Both the position numbers and the translations under genes were made by a program. The notes under the pieces were generated by a model that saw nothing but the letters and a program-made list of their open reading frames with translations, was not told the origin of the DNA and searched no databases. Shown here piece by piece: positions 48,864 through 57,956 of a DNA stretch of 64,000 nucleotides; position 1 is the stretch's first letter, and each line of letters starts with the position of its first letter. Source of the DNA: Myxococcales bacterium (GTDB lineage: Bacteria > Myxococcota_A > Polyangia > Polyangiales > DASUME01); NCBI GenBank assembly GCA_047601445.1, contig JASGJH010000001.1, positions 6,240,001-6,304,000 of the forward strand, in the 5' to 3' direction.

Positions 48864-48961
48864 GGCAAATCGGCACTGGCCTCCGACCTCGCTTCAAGAC
48901 GCTGCCGGGCGAGGAGTTACTGTTCGATGCGCCAAGCGCCCTTGTGACCGCCCTCCAGCCA

Positions 48962-50044
48962 TCACGTCCCTCCACACATCAACGGCAAACACGCCTGCCC
49001 CGTGACGGTGCCCATCGCATCCGTGATCGGGTTGCCCTGATCGTCCACGACGTCCACGCACTCGTAGCCGGGCAAACACGAGGTGCCCTCGCTGCAATCC
49101 GGCACGCAGCGCGAGAGGCCCTGCTGTACGCCGTCGAGTCGCAAGCACCACGAGCGATTGCGGGAGATGGTGGGTGAGTATCCGAGGCAGTTGGTGTGGA
49201 AGGCGCACAAGCCGCCGTGGGGTTGAGCCGCGGGCACGGGTCCCGTGCGCGGGCCGCAGTCGACGCAGTCGGTGCCCCAGTCGCAGGCTGCGGAGCTCGC
49301 GGTGTAGAGGTCTCCGTCGTCGCATTCACCGTCACCAGCCCACTCGCCCAAATCGTTCAGGCCGCAGCTGTTGCGGCAGGTGAGGTTCTGGCAGTTGCCG
49401 GGCTGCCGCGTGTCGGGGCAGGTCACGGTGGCGCAGGTCGCGTCGCGCTCGGAGTTGCAGGCGCGGGTCAAGCAGACTTCGCGGTTGCCAGCCGTGATCG
49501 GGCAGTCCGAAGAACATTCATCCTGCACATTCGGGCTGTCGCAGTAGTCCTCCGCGCAGGTGAAACCGCAGAACTGCGACCAACGCTGGCACTGCACCCG
49601 GCAGCGACGCTTGCAGATCTCCTCGAACGTGAGCGGGCTCTCCACGCCCTCTACGTGCTCGCAGAGGATCACTTCGGGGGCCTTGCCCGAATGCGGCAAA
49701 GGATCGGCCGCCTCGCAGTAGTTCACGCACTCGCCGGTGTCCGCGGCACACACCTGGGGGGCCGGGCAGGAACAATCGGGATCGATGGGGGTCACCTCGG
49801 TGCCCTCGCCCTTGCCCTGGTCCCCAAAGTCGAAGCGTCCGCCCTTGAGCTTCTTGCCGCACAGCTCTTCGCCCGTGGGCCGCACCGCGCACAGCAGATC
49901 GAAGTCGCAGGCGCGGTTGTCGCAGCGTCCGCCGAGGCAGCGCAGGCTGCCCTTGGGACAGTGATCGACTTCGCCACACCCTGAGGCCCCGAGCAGCAGG
50001 AAGGACAAGACTGAAAGGACCCAACATGCTCGCCAGCTACTCAT
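48962..50044 (-). CDS. Cys-rich lipoprotein (paralog 1)
   Basis: ASGC lipobox then GEVDHC; DGECDDGD...CDWGTDCVDCGPR. Confidence 0.8.
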   Translation of the reverse strand: MSSWRACWVLSVLSFLLLGASGCGEVDHCPKGSLRCLGGRCDNRACDFDLLCAVRPTGEELCGKKLKGGRFDFGDQGKGEGTEVTPIDPDCSCPAPQVCAADTGECVNYCEAADPLPHSGKAPEVILCEHVEGVESPLTFEEICKRRCRVQCQRWSQFCGFTCAEDYCDSPNVQDECSSDCPITAGNREVCLTRACNSERDATCATVTCPDTRQPGNCQNLTCRNSCGLNDLGEWAGDGECDDGDLYTASSAACDWGTDCVDCGPRTGPVPAAQPHGGLCAFHTNCLGYSPTISRNRSWCLRLDGVQQGLSRCVPDCSEGTSCLPGYECVDVVDDQGNPITDAMGTVTGQACLPLMCGGT

Positions 50045-50265
50045 CGTGCGGTCCCATGTCTCCCTGTCTGGCTGCCCCAGACTCCCCGGAGTTGTGCTCA
50101 TAGCATGCATGAAGAGTGCGCCGAAACATCGTGATCATCAGCGCATGAGCGATCGATCGTGATGGACCGCCACGGCACGCCCACTGAAACGACTTCGGCC
50201 GCTCGCCTCGCTCCGAGGAGCAGGTCGAGCGGCCGCTGTGTGGAGCGCCGAGCTCGCGACTCAGG

Positions 50266-51351
50266 TCACATGCAGATCTGCGGATCGCAGACCTTGGCTT
50301 CCAGGTCGCCCTGCGTGATCGGATCCTGGTTCGAGTCGACCAGCGTGGTGCACTTGTAGCCTTCACCGCAGTTGTCGCCGAGCGTGCAGTCGGGCATGCA
50401 GCGGTAGACGCCGGAGTCGCCCACCGACAGACACCAGCTCTTGTTGTTGCGCAGGTCCTCGGTGTAGCCGCGGCACTGCTGGTGGCCGACGCACAGGGCG
50501 CCGATGTCGAGCGGGAGGGTAGGCGGCGTGCCGAGACGTGGACCGCAGTCGCCGCAGTCCGTGCCCCAGTCGCAGACGCCGAAGGCCGCCGTGCTCACGT
50601 CGCCGTCGTCGCAGGAGCCGTCGTTGGTGAAGTTGGGGTTGCCGGGACAGGTGTTCTTGCACGTGCCGACATTGGCGCAGTTCTTCGGGAACGTCGGCAT
50701 GGCCGGATCCTCGGACATGCCGGCGTCGCACTCGGTGAAGGTCTCGCACGTGCTGTCGCGCAGGGTCTCGCAGTAGCCGGAGACGTCCGCGAGCGTCGGG
50801 TAGAACTGCATGCACCAGTCCTGGGCCTTCTGCGTCGAGTAGAAGTTCGGATCGCAGATGTAGCCGGGGCAGTAGACCGGGGCGCGCAGGCAGAACTGGG
50901 TCCACAGGGCCTTGCAGGCGTTCTGGTAGGTGACCGGTTGGCCGTCGTCGCCGGTGCGGCACGGCAGGACTTCCTGGCGGCGGTTGGCCACCGGGACGGT
51001 GCCGGGCTCCTCGCAGTAGTTGATGCACTGGTCGGAGGTGCCGGGCACGCAAAGCGCGCCTCCGGTGCAGTTGCAGGGCACCGCGTCTCCGTCTCCGTCG
51101 CCGTTCACAGGCGTGGCGTTCTTGCAGTCGAGGTCCTCGCCGCAGTCGTAGCCGACGTCGAGCTCCTTGCCGCAGACTTGCTGCGCGCCGACGGCCACGC
51201 ACGCGAGATCGAACTCACAGTTCGCGCCCGCCATGCAGGAGCCCCCGATGCAACCGTCATCGCCAGGCTTACAGTGATCCACTTCGCTACACGCGGAGCC
51301 CGCGAGCGAAAGCGCCAAGGAGAACGCAGTCATCCAAAATCGCTTATCCAT
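50266..51351 (-). CDS. Cys-rich lipoprotein (paralog 2)
   Basis: GSAC lipobox then SEVDHC; DGSCDDGD...CDWGTDCGDCGPR. Confidence 0.8.
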   Translation of the reverse strand: MDKRFWMTAFSLALSLAGSACSEVDHCKPGDDGCIGGSCMAGANCEFDLACVAVGAQQVCGKELDVGYDCGEDLDCKNATPVNGDGDGDAVPCNCTGGALCVPGTSDQCINYCEEPGTVPVANRRQEVLPCRTGDDGQPVTYQNACKALWTQFCLRAPVYCPGYICDPNFYSTQKAQDWCMQFYPTLADVSGYCETLRDSTCETFTECDAGMSEDPAMPTFPKNCANVGTCKNTCPGNPNFTNDGSCDDGDVSTAAFGVCDWGTDCGDCGPRLGTPPTLPLDIGALCVGHQQCRGYTEDLRNNKSWCLSVGDSGVYRCMPDCTLGDNCGEGYKCTTLVDSNQDPITQGDLEAKVCDPQICM

Positions 51352-51375
51352 CAAAGTCCTTCTCCCCGTCATGGA

Positions 51376-52341
51376 TCAGAAGCGGAACTTGCAGGTGGCG
51401 CTGGCGAAGCCCACGCCGCACTGAGTGGCGGCTTGCTGCTTGTCATCGCGGCCGCTCAGGGCGCCCCACACGATAAGGCCCGCACCGCCTGCCAGGAGTG
51501 CGCCGCCGACCGCGTAGCCGACGATGCTCTGGGTCTTCACAGAGTCGTTCTGGCCAGGGTCCGGGCAGTAGTCTTTGTCGCAGTCGACCTTGTCGCCGCC
51601 GCGCACGCCGCCGTAGATCAACAGGCCGGCGCCGACGGCCGCCACGCCGCTGCCCACGCCGATCAGGATCCACTTCTTCTTGTTCGAGCCCGAGTCCGTG
51701 GTCGCCGCGCCACCCGTGGTGGTGGTGCCGCCGACGACGACGGTGCCGCCGGCTCCCTTGCCCGCGTCCGCCGGCAGGGCCACTTCGATGACCTGACCGG
51801 CAGGTACGATGACGTTGGTGCGGAACTCGGGCTGTCCGGACCAGGTCACCACCAGCACGTGGCTGCCGGGAGCCAGCGTGATCTTGTCGGGGCGCGGTGT
51901 GCGGCCCCAGTCCTGCTGGTCGACGGTGATCAAGCCGCCCTCGGCGCCACCGCGCACGAGGAGACCGGTGGCCGCGATGCGCGCCTGCAGCGCGGAGAGC
52001 CGCGCGTTGGCGTCGGAGTACATGGGGTCGTCGGGATCCGCCGAGTCCAGGAACTGCCTGAGCGCGGCCATGGCCTTCTCGAGATCGCCGATGCGCTCGT
52101 AGGCCTGCGACAAGTTGAACTGGATGCGCGGGCGCGGATCCGCCGAATAGGCGGCCGACCACTCGCGAATGGCCATGTCGTAGTTGCCGGCGCTGTAGGC
52201 CGCTTCGCCGCGGCGGAAGGCTTCACGAGCGTCGACGGCCGGGGCCGGAGCACTCGTAGGAGCCTGCGCGAAGCTGGCGGCAGGGATGAGGAGCAAGAAC
52301 GCGAAATACAAGGCTCTGAGGCGCAGCATCGATTCTCCCAT
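51376..52341 (-). CDS. Secreted TPR + PEGA domain protein
   Basis: Signal peptide, AFRRGEAAYSAGNY...FNLSQAYERIG (TPR), ITVD...GRTP...LAPGSHVL (PEGA), C-terminal hydrophobic segments. Confidence 0.85.
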   Translation of the reverse strand: MGESMLRLRALYFAFLLLIPAASFAQAPTSAPAPAVDAREAFRRGEAAYSAGNYDMAIREWSAAYSADPRPRIQFNLSQAYERIGDLEKAMAALRQFLDSADPDDPMYSDANARLSALQARIAATGLLVRGGAEGGLITVDQQDWGRTPRPDKITLAPGSHVLVVTWSGQPEFRTNVIVPAGQVIEVALPADAGKGAGGTVVVGGTTTTGGAATTDSGSNKKKWILIGVGSGVAAVGAGLLIYGGVRGGDKVDCDKDYCPDPGQNDSVKTQSIVGYAVGGALLAGGAGLIVWGALSGRDDKQQAATQCGVGFASATCKFRF

Positions 52342-52477
52342 GGCACGGCGCGTCACGCTGGCGAGGATACCCTTTCCCCGGGGGGGTGCGCGAACTTCCA
52401 TTGCAACGACTCCGTGGAAATCCGCTCCGCCTCGAGATCACGGGACGAAAAAAGGACCGGGTCCGTCGCGCCGTCAG

Positions 52478-52957
52478 TCAGGCGCCGGTCTTCTCGGTGG
52501 CGGCCAGCAGCTCGGGCGGCAGCGTGATGCGCCCGGTGTTGCGCTGGCGATTCTCCGGATCGCGCAGGGCTTCCGTGAGGCGCGCGCGATCGAGGGCGCG
52601 GTAGTCGGGGGCTGCTCCGTTGGGGGGCGGCCCCTCGGCGGCCACCCACAGCCGAATCGGGCCGAGAGCGATCACGGCCTGTCCGAGGATGGCCACCCAC
52701 TCGTTCAGACGTTTGCCGTTGACCGTGGTGCTGCCGAGACGCAGCGCGTCCTCGAGCCAGAAGTTGGTGCCGTCCCAAACGGCGTCAAAGTGGCGTGGTG
52801 CGACGCTCGGGTGTCGCAGGCACAGGCTCGCATTGGCGTCGCTTCCGATTACCAAGCGCGCGGGGCGGCCAGCCTCGAAGAGAAACCTGCGCGGGGTATC
52901 GCCGCGCACGATCACCAGTCGTGCCCAGGCGCCACCATTTGCCTTCGCTTGTTCCAC
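52478..52957 (-). CDS. FHA domain protein
   Basis: LVIGS...SVAPRH...LED...GSTTVNG; GTG start with GGAG RBS. Confidence 0.8.
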   Translation of the reverse strand: MEQAKANGGAWARLVIVRGDTPRRFLFEAGRPARLVIGSDANASLCLRHPSVAPRHFDAVWDGTNFWLEDALRLGSTTVNGKRLNEWVAILGQAVIALGPIRLWVAAEGPPPNGAAPDYRALDRARLTEALRDPENRQRNTGRITLPPELLAATEKTGA

Positions 52958-53121
52958 ACCTACTCCGTGCGACCGACGTGGGCCCTCGACCCTCTGCCAT
53001 CTCACCTACGCTCCCGGCCCGGCGAGATCCCCTGCTATTTTTCCCAATGGTGGCTGGAATCAATCACTGAACGTTTTGTCAGAAATTTGGACATCTGTTC
53101 AGGTAGGCGGATACTGGTCGC

Positions 53122-53592
53122 ATGAACAGCCAAGCGTCCCGCCCCCACACCGCTCTCGCCCTCGAACCAAGCGCTCAGGTCGTCCTGCGCGCGCTCTTCC
53201 AGCTCGCCCTTGCGGATTGCCCGGCCGACGCCGGTAGCGTTGCCCGCCTGCTCGGCCTGCGCGCGAGCCAGGTGGCCCAGGCGCTCGTGGAGCTCGACGT
53301 TCAGGGCCTGGTCGATGCCGAGCGCGCCCGGCTCACCATGCGTGGGCTGGCCGTCGCGGCAGGCCTGCCCGCGATCACGGTGCCGGAGAACGAGGCTCGT
53401 CCCGCGCTGCGTCAGGGCCTCGCGCTGCACCGGCAGCCGCATCCCGCCGAGCTGTCCTCGGCGTCGGGCCGAGAGCTGCGCCATACGCGCGTGGCTCGCC
53501 GCGCGGCCTTCAGGAGCTCACGCGCAGAACCGCGCGCTTCGACGGCGGGGCGGCGCACGATTCGCGCGAGCCATTCGGCGGTTTCGCTGTAG
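53122..53592 (+). CDS. Small winged-HTH-like protein
   Basis: VARLLGLRASQVAQALVELDVQGLVD...RLTMRG. Confidence 0.65.
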   Translation: MNSQASRPHTALALEPSAQVVLRALFQLALADCPADAGSVARLLGLRASQVAQALVELDVQGLVDAERARLTMRGLAVAAGLPAITVPENEARPALRQGLALHRQPHPAELSSASGRELRHTRVARRAAFRSSRAEPRASTAGRRTIRASHSAVSL

Positions 53593-53604
53593 CCTCGTCC
53601 CTGC

Positions 53605-55380
53605 GTGTGGAGCGTCGGTCAGCGGATCGGGGACTATGAGCTGCTTGCCCACCTACGGGACGGCGGCATGGCCTCGCTCTTTCTGGCACGTCGCCTGGGT
53701 GCCGCGGGCTTTTCCCGCGACGTCGCCATCAAGATCGTGCATCCCGAGCTCGCGAGCGACGCGCAGTTCCGGGCGATGTTCCTGGACGAAGCCCTGCTGT
53801 CAGCGCGCATCCAGCATCCCAACGTGGGCCATGTGGAGGAGTTGGGGGAGATCGCGGGCACGCACTTCCTGGTGATGGAGTTCGTGCATGGCTGCTCGTT
53901 GGCCCAGCTGCAGCGCGCCCTGATCGCCAAGGGGCGGCGGCTCGCGCCCGCCTTCGCCACTCGCATCGCGATGCACGTCGCCGAGGGACTGCACGCGGCG
54001 CACGAGACCTGCGACGAGCATGGGCGGCGGCTCGACGTGGTGCATCGCGACGTGAGCCCCGAGAACATCCTGCTCGCCTACGCGGGCCACGTGAAGCTGA
54101 TCGACTTCGGCATCGCCAAGGCCTACGGGCGTCGGCATCGCACCGAGGATGGCCTGCTCAAGGGCAAGTTCCGCTACATGAGCCCGGAGCAGGCGTCGGG
54201 ACAACCTATCGATCGTCGCACCGACGTGTACCAGCTGGGCATCGTGCTGTGGGAGATGCTGACCCTGCGGCGGCTGTTCGACGCGGAGACCGACGTCGAC
54301 CTGTTGAATCAGGTGCGGGCGCCCAGGATCGCGCCGCCGAGCTTGCTGGTCGATCGCATCTCGCCCGCGCTCGAGGCCGTGGTGATGGCGGCGCTCGATC
54401 CGAGCGCGGCCCGGCGCATCCCCGATGCCCAGACCTTCGCGCGACGGCTCGGCAAGGCCATGCCGAGCGCCCACGAGGTGGACAGCGGCGCGCTCAGCGC
54501 GCTGTTGCTTGCGTTGATGCAGGAGCAGCGCCGCGAGCAGAAAAAGACCTACCCCTCGGGGCTCTACGATCAGCTGGAGCAACAGGTGCCCACCGAGCGC
54601 GCCGAGGGTGGCTCGAGCGATCCCAAGGGGCCCGTGTTCCGCAGCTACACGCTCGAGCACACCTCGCCGTATGGCAGCGATGCGCCTTCGCCGCCCCCGC
54701 CGCGTCGTCGGCTGGAGACCACCGAGCCCGCCTACGCGGGTGCCGGGCAGGACCCCGTGCGCATGCCGCCGGATGTCGCACCCCAGGGGCCGAGGCAGCG
54801 GCGCTTGGTGCGGCTGGCCAGCGGCATTCGGGACACCTTCCAGGAGCTCGGAACCACCATCACCCAGCTGACGGGTTTCAAGTCGCCGGTCGTGAAGGCG
54901 CTCGGGATGGTGGCGCTGGGCGCGCTGTCTATGGGCATCGTGCTGGTTGGCATAGCGTTCATGCTGCGCCGCCCAGCGCCGGTGCCGTCGCAGGTGCCCG
55001 TACCAGCGCCTTTGCCAGCCGTTCCGCTGGCCTTGCCCAGGCTCGAGCAACCGCCGCCGGCCAAGGCGCTCGCGGCGGACTCCGAATTGCCTTCGCGCGA
55101 TTCCGCCCCGATCGCGCGCGATTCAGCGCCACTGGTGCTCACACCCGTGCGCACGTTGCCCGCCGAGGTCGCGAACCAAGCTCCCGCGGCTCCGCCCGTC
55201 GAGGCTGGCGCAGCGCGGCGCGCGACCGGGAGCGAGCGCGCAGGGGGCACCGAACGAGCGGCTGCACCCGAGGCCTCGGAGCGCCCTCAGCGGGACGAGG
55301 AGCGCAAAACGCCCGCCGGACGCCTGGCGGCGCCTGTGGTCGTCGACGGTACGCCGATCATCCCCGAACCAGGATTTTGA
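53605..55380 (+). CDS. Membrane Ser/Thr protein kinase
   Basis: GGMA, VAIK, HRDVSPEN, DFG, GKFRYMSPEQ, DVYQLG; TM helix and a Pro/Ala-rich tail. Confidence 0.95.
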   Translation: MWSVGQRIGDYELLAHLRDGGMASLFLARRLGAAGFSRDVAIKIVHPELASDAQFRAMFLDEALLSARIQHPNVGHVEELGEIAGTHFLVMEFVHGCSLAQLQRALIAKGRRLAPAFATRIAMHVAEGLHAAHETCDEHGRRLDVVHRDVSPENILLAYAGHVKLIDFGIAKAYGRRHRTEDGLLKGKFRYMSPEQASGQPIDRRTDVYQLGIVLWEMLTLRRLFDAETDVDLLNQVRAPRIAPPSLLVDRISPALEAVVMAALDPSAARRIPDAQTFARRLGKAMPSAHEVDSGALSALLLALMQEQRREQKKTYPSGLYDQLEQQVPTERAEGGSSDPKGPVFRSYTLEHTSPYGSDAPSPPPPRRRLETTEPAYAGAGQDPVRMPPDVAPQGPRQRRLVRLASGIRDTFQELGTTITQLTGFKSPVVKALGMVALGALSMGIVLVGIAFMLRRPAPVPSQVPVPAPLPAVPLALPRLEQPPPAKALAADSELPSRDSAPIARDSAPLVLTPVRTLPAEVANQAPAAPPVEAGAARRATGSERAGGTERAAAPEASERPQRDEERKTPAGRLAAPVVVDGTPIIPEPGF

Positions 55381-55422
55381 GTCCGCGCGCAACTTGGTGC
55401 TCGCTCGACCGATAGCAACCCC

Positions 55423-56602
55423 GTGCAGCAAACGGCTCGGGTCGAGGTCGCGGCCAGTTCGCATGGGATCTTTGGGGTGCTCGGGACCCTGGGGGCGTTC
55501 CTCTTGTGGGCGTGGTCCTGCGCGGTTCACGCCGCGCCACCCGAGCTCAGAGAGCTGAGCCTCGAGCCAGGCCAGCAGCTGAGCCTGTCGGCAGCCGGCG
55601 TGAAGAGCTACTCCGCGGGCGTGCCCGGCGTGGTCGAAGTGCGGCTGTCCAAGGAGGGCGATCAGTTCGTGCTGCTGGCGTTGCGGCCGGGGCTCACCAC
55701 GCTGCTCCTCTTCATGCTGGATGGGCGCGAGATCCAGTATCGCATCGAGGTCGTCGCCCCGGAGCGCGAGCCAGGGCAGCGCATCCTGGTGGCGCCGCAA
55801 GACAACATCCGGCTCGACTTCTACTTCGTGCAGGTCTCACAAGACTCGGGTCATCAGCTAGGCGTGGCGTTCCCCGACAGCCTGGGCGGGGAGGCACGCG
55901 TGAGCGCGAACTTCAACTTGCTCTCGGGTGCCCTCACGGACGCCACCTTGGGCATCGCGGATCAAGTGCTGCCAAGGCTCGATTGGGCCCAACGCGGCGG
56001 TTGGGCGCGCGTCTCGCGGCAGGCGGCCGTGGTCGCGGAGAACGGCAAGCAGGCCGAGTTTCACAGCGGCGGGGAGGTCAACGTGTCCATCCAGGGAGCG
56101 CTCACGGCCGAGGTGCGCGCCATCTCCTACGGCAGTCGGGTCACCGTCCAGCCGCGCTTCGAATCGCGAGTCGGGACGCATCGAGCTGCAGGTCGGTGCG
56201 GAGGTGGCCGACCTGTCCAACGACAGCGGCACGAGCATTCCCGGGCGGCAGCTCGCCAAGCTCGACACGGTGGTGAACCTCGATCTCGGTAAGTCGTTGG
56301 TGCTGGCGGGGCTCAACAGCGCGCGCGAGGCGCGTAGTCGGCGTGGGTTACCCGGGCTCAGCCGTATTCCCATCCTCGGCGCCCTGTTCGGCACGCGCAA
56401 TCGCCTCAGTGAAGAGACCAAGAACCTGCTCTTCATCGTGCCCACCGTGGTGCAAGCCGTGCCGCTACGAGAACGCGACCTGGTGGAGGAGATGTTGCGT
56501 GTGTACCAGGCCTTCGAGGGCGACACGACGCAGGTGAACCTGCTCGAGCGCTCGCCTGGCAAGGCGACCGCGGCGCCGCGAAGTGCGGAGCACCGTCCAT
56601 GA
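55423..56602 (+). pseudogene. RcpA/CpaC-like secretin split by a +1 frameshift near 56163 (real or sequencing error)
   Basis: Pilus N-terminal domain (LRPGLTTLLL), ENGKQAEFHSGGE, then in the next frame GKSLVLAGL...GLPGLSRIPILGALFG...LFIVPTV. Confidence 0.85.
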
Positions 56603-57237
56603 GCGCGATGCGGAGGCTGGCTGGTCTGCTGTTGCTCGGTCACTTGCTCGTCGCGGGCTGCGCACCCGTGGGCCCAGTGGCGGCATCGCCCGCGGCCGCG
56701 AGCCGCGCCCTTTCCGCGTCCGAGCTGTACGCCGCGGGCATGGCGTTTCTGGCCGCCCAGGATCTCGTGCGCGCGGAGCAGTATCTGGCCAGTGCCCTGC
56801 ATAGCGGCTTCGACGAGCGTACTTGCGTGCGAGCCCTATTGAGCGCCACCGTGGCCGCCTCCCGCCTGCGCTCCGCGCTGCTCTATGCCGAGCCCTACCT
56901 GTTGCGCCACCCACAGGACCTCGCGCTCGCTCAGCTGGTGGCCACGTTGCATCTAGTGCTCGGGGAACTTCCACAAGCAGAGCAGGAACTGCGTCGGGTC
57001 CTGGCGCTCCATGACCAGCAGCCAGAGGCTCAGTATCTGCTCGCGCTGGTGCTCGAGCGCTCGGGGGGCTCGCCTTCGGCCCGACGTGAGGTCATGCAGA
57101 CCTACTTGCGGCTCGCACCCAGGGGACGCCACGCGGCCGAACTGCGTGCGAGCTTGCTCACGCTCGGGGCGCTCGAGCCGGTGCCGGCGTCCGAGCCCGC
57201 GCGGAGCAGCCGAGTTCGCTTGCGCAAAGGAGGATGA
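56599..57237 (+). CDS. TPR lipoprotein
   Basis: LVAGC lipobox, TPR helices, YLRLAPRGRHA; ATGA coupling to the secretin. Confidence 0.8.
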   Translation: MSAMRRLAGLLLLGHLLVAGCAPVGPVAASPAAASRALSASELYAAGMAFLAAQDLVRAEQYLASALHSGFDERTCVRALLSATVAASRLRSALLYAEPYLLRHPQDLALAQLVATLHLVLGELPQAEQELRRVLALHDQQPEAQYLLALVLERSGGSPSARREVMQTYLRLAPRGRHAAELRASLLTLGALEPVPASEPARSSRVRLRKGG

Positions 57238-57258
57238 TTGGCGAGCGTCATACGCAGC

Positions 57259-57609
57259 ATGCCTGCCCTGCACCACTTGGCCTTGCGGACCCGCGATGTG
57301 GCGGGGCTCGCGCAATTCTATCGGGATTGGTTCGAGCTCGACGTCGTTCGCGAGCAGCGACCGCGTTCGTTGTGGCTCGGGCTGGGCGCGGACGCCGTGC
57401 TCATGATCGAGGCCGCGGGGGAGGGGGAGCCGGGTATCCCGGCGGGCACGCTCGAACTCGTGGCTCTGCGGGTGAGCAGCGCCGAGCGCGAGCTCCTGCG
57501 GGCCCGCCTCGTGGCGCACGACATGCTCGAGGCCGAGACGGCCCACAGCGTGTACTTCCGGGATCCCGATGGGCGTCGGGTGGGGGCCTCGAGCTTCCCG
57601 CTGCCGTGA
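57259..57609 (+). CDS. VOC/glyoxalase family protein
   Basis: LHHLALRTRD...FYRD and SVYFRDPDGRRV. Confidence 0.9.
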   Translation: MPALHHLALRTRDVAGLAQFYRDWFELDVVREQRPRSLWLGLGADAVLMIEAAGEGEPGIPAGTLELVALRVSSAERELLRARLVAHDMLEAETAHSVYFRDPDGRRVGASSFPLP

Positions 57610-57664
57610 GAGCGAGTACGCATGGTCGACGCGGGAGCGCCTGCCGGCGAGTGAGGCCCAAAGG

Positions 57665-57696
57665 CGAAAGCCGCGCCCGGAAGGACGCGGCTTTCG
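57665..57696. terminator. Terminator hairpin between the convergent VOC gene and the tRNA
   Basis: CGAAAGCCGCG...CGCGGCTTTCG stem with T-rich flanks on both strands. Confidence 0.75.
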
Positions 57697-57704
57697 TGTT
57701 TTAG

Positions 57705-57777
57705 TGGAGCTGAGGGGGATCGAACCCCTGACCTCTGCATTGCGAACGCAGCGCTCTCCCGGCTGAGCTACAACCCC
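57705..57777 (-). tRNA. tRNA-Ala (anticodon CGC)
   Basis: GGGGTTGTAGCTCAGCCGGGAGAGCGCTGCGTTCGCAATGCAGAGGTCAGGGGTTCGATCCCCCTCAGCTCCA; G3:U70 pair; CCA not encoded. Confidence 0.97.
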
Positions 57778-57956
57778 GTTGCCCCGGTGACCCAGGGGCG
57801 CGGTAGTTACCACGCAGCTTTCCGACCCGCAAGGCCGTCTCCCGTAAGCACGCGTTTCCGTGGATGGGGAGGTCACGCGACCTCCAAGGCCGCGCCGAGG
57901 CCCACCCCACCGTGAAGTTGCTTTGCTCAACGGCGGAAGGACATGTTCGCGTCTCG

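Noticed and set aside
57705..57777. tRNA-Ala as an integration site
   Set aside because: No integrase and no duplicated tRNA 3' end noticed; lack of an encoded CCA is common
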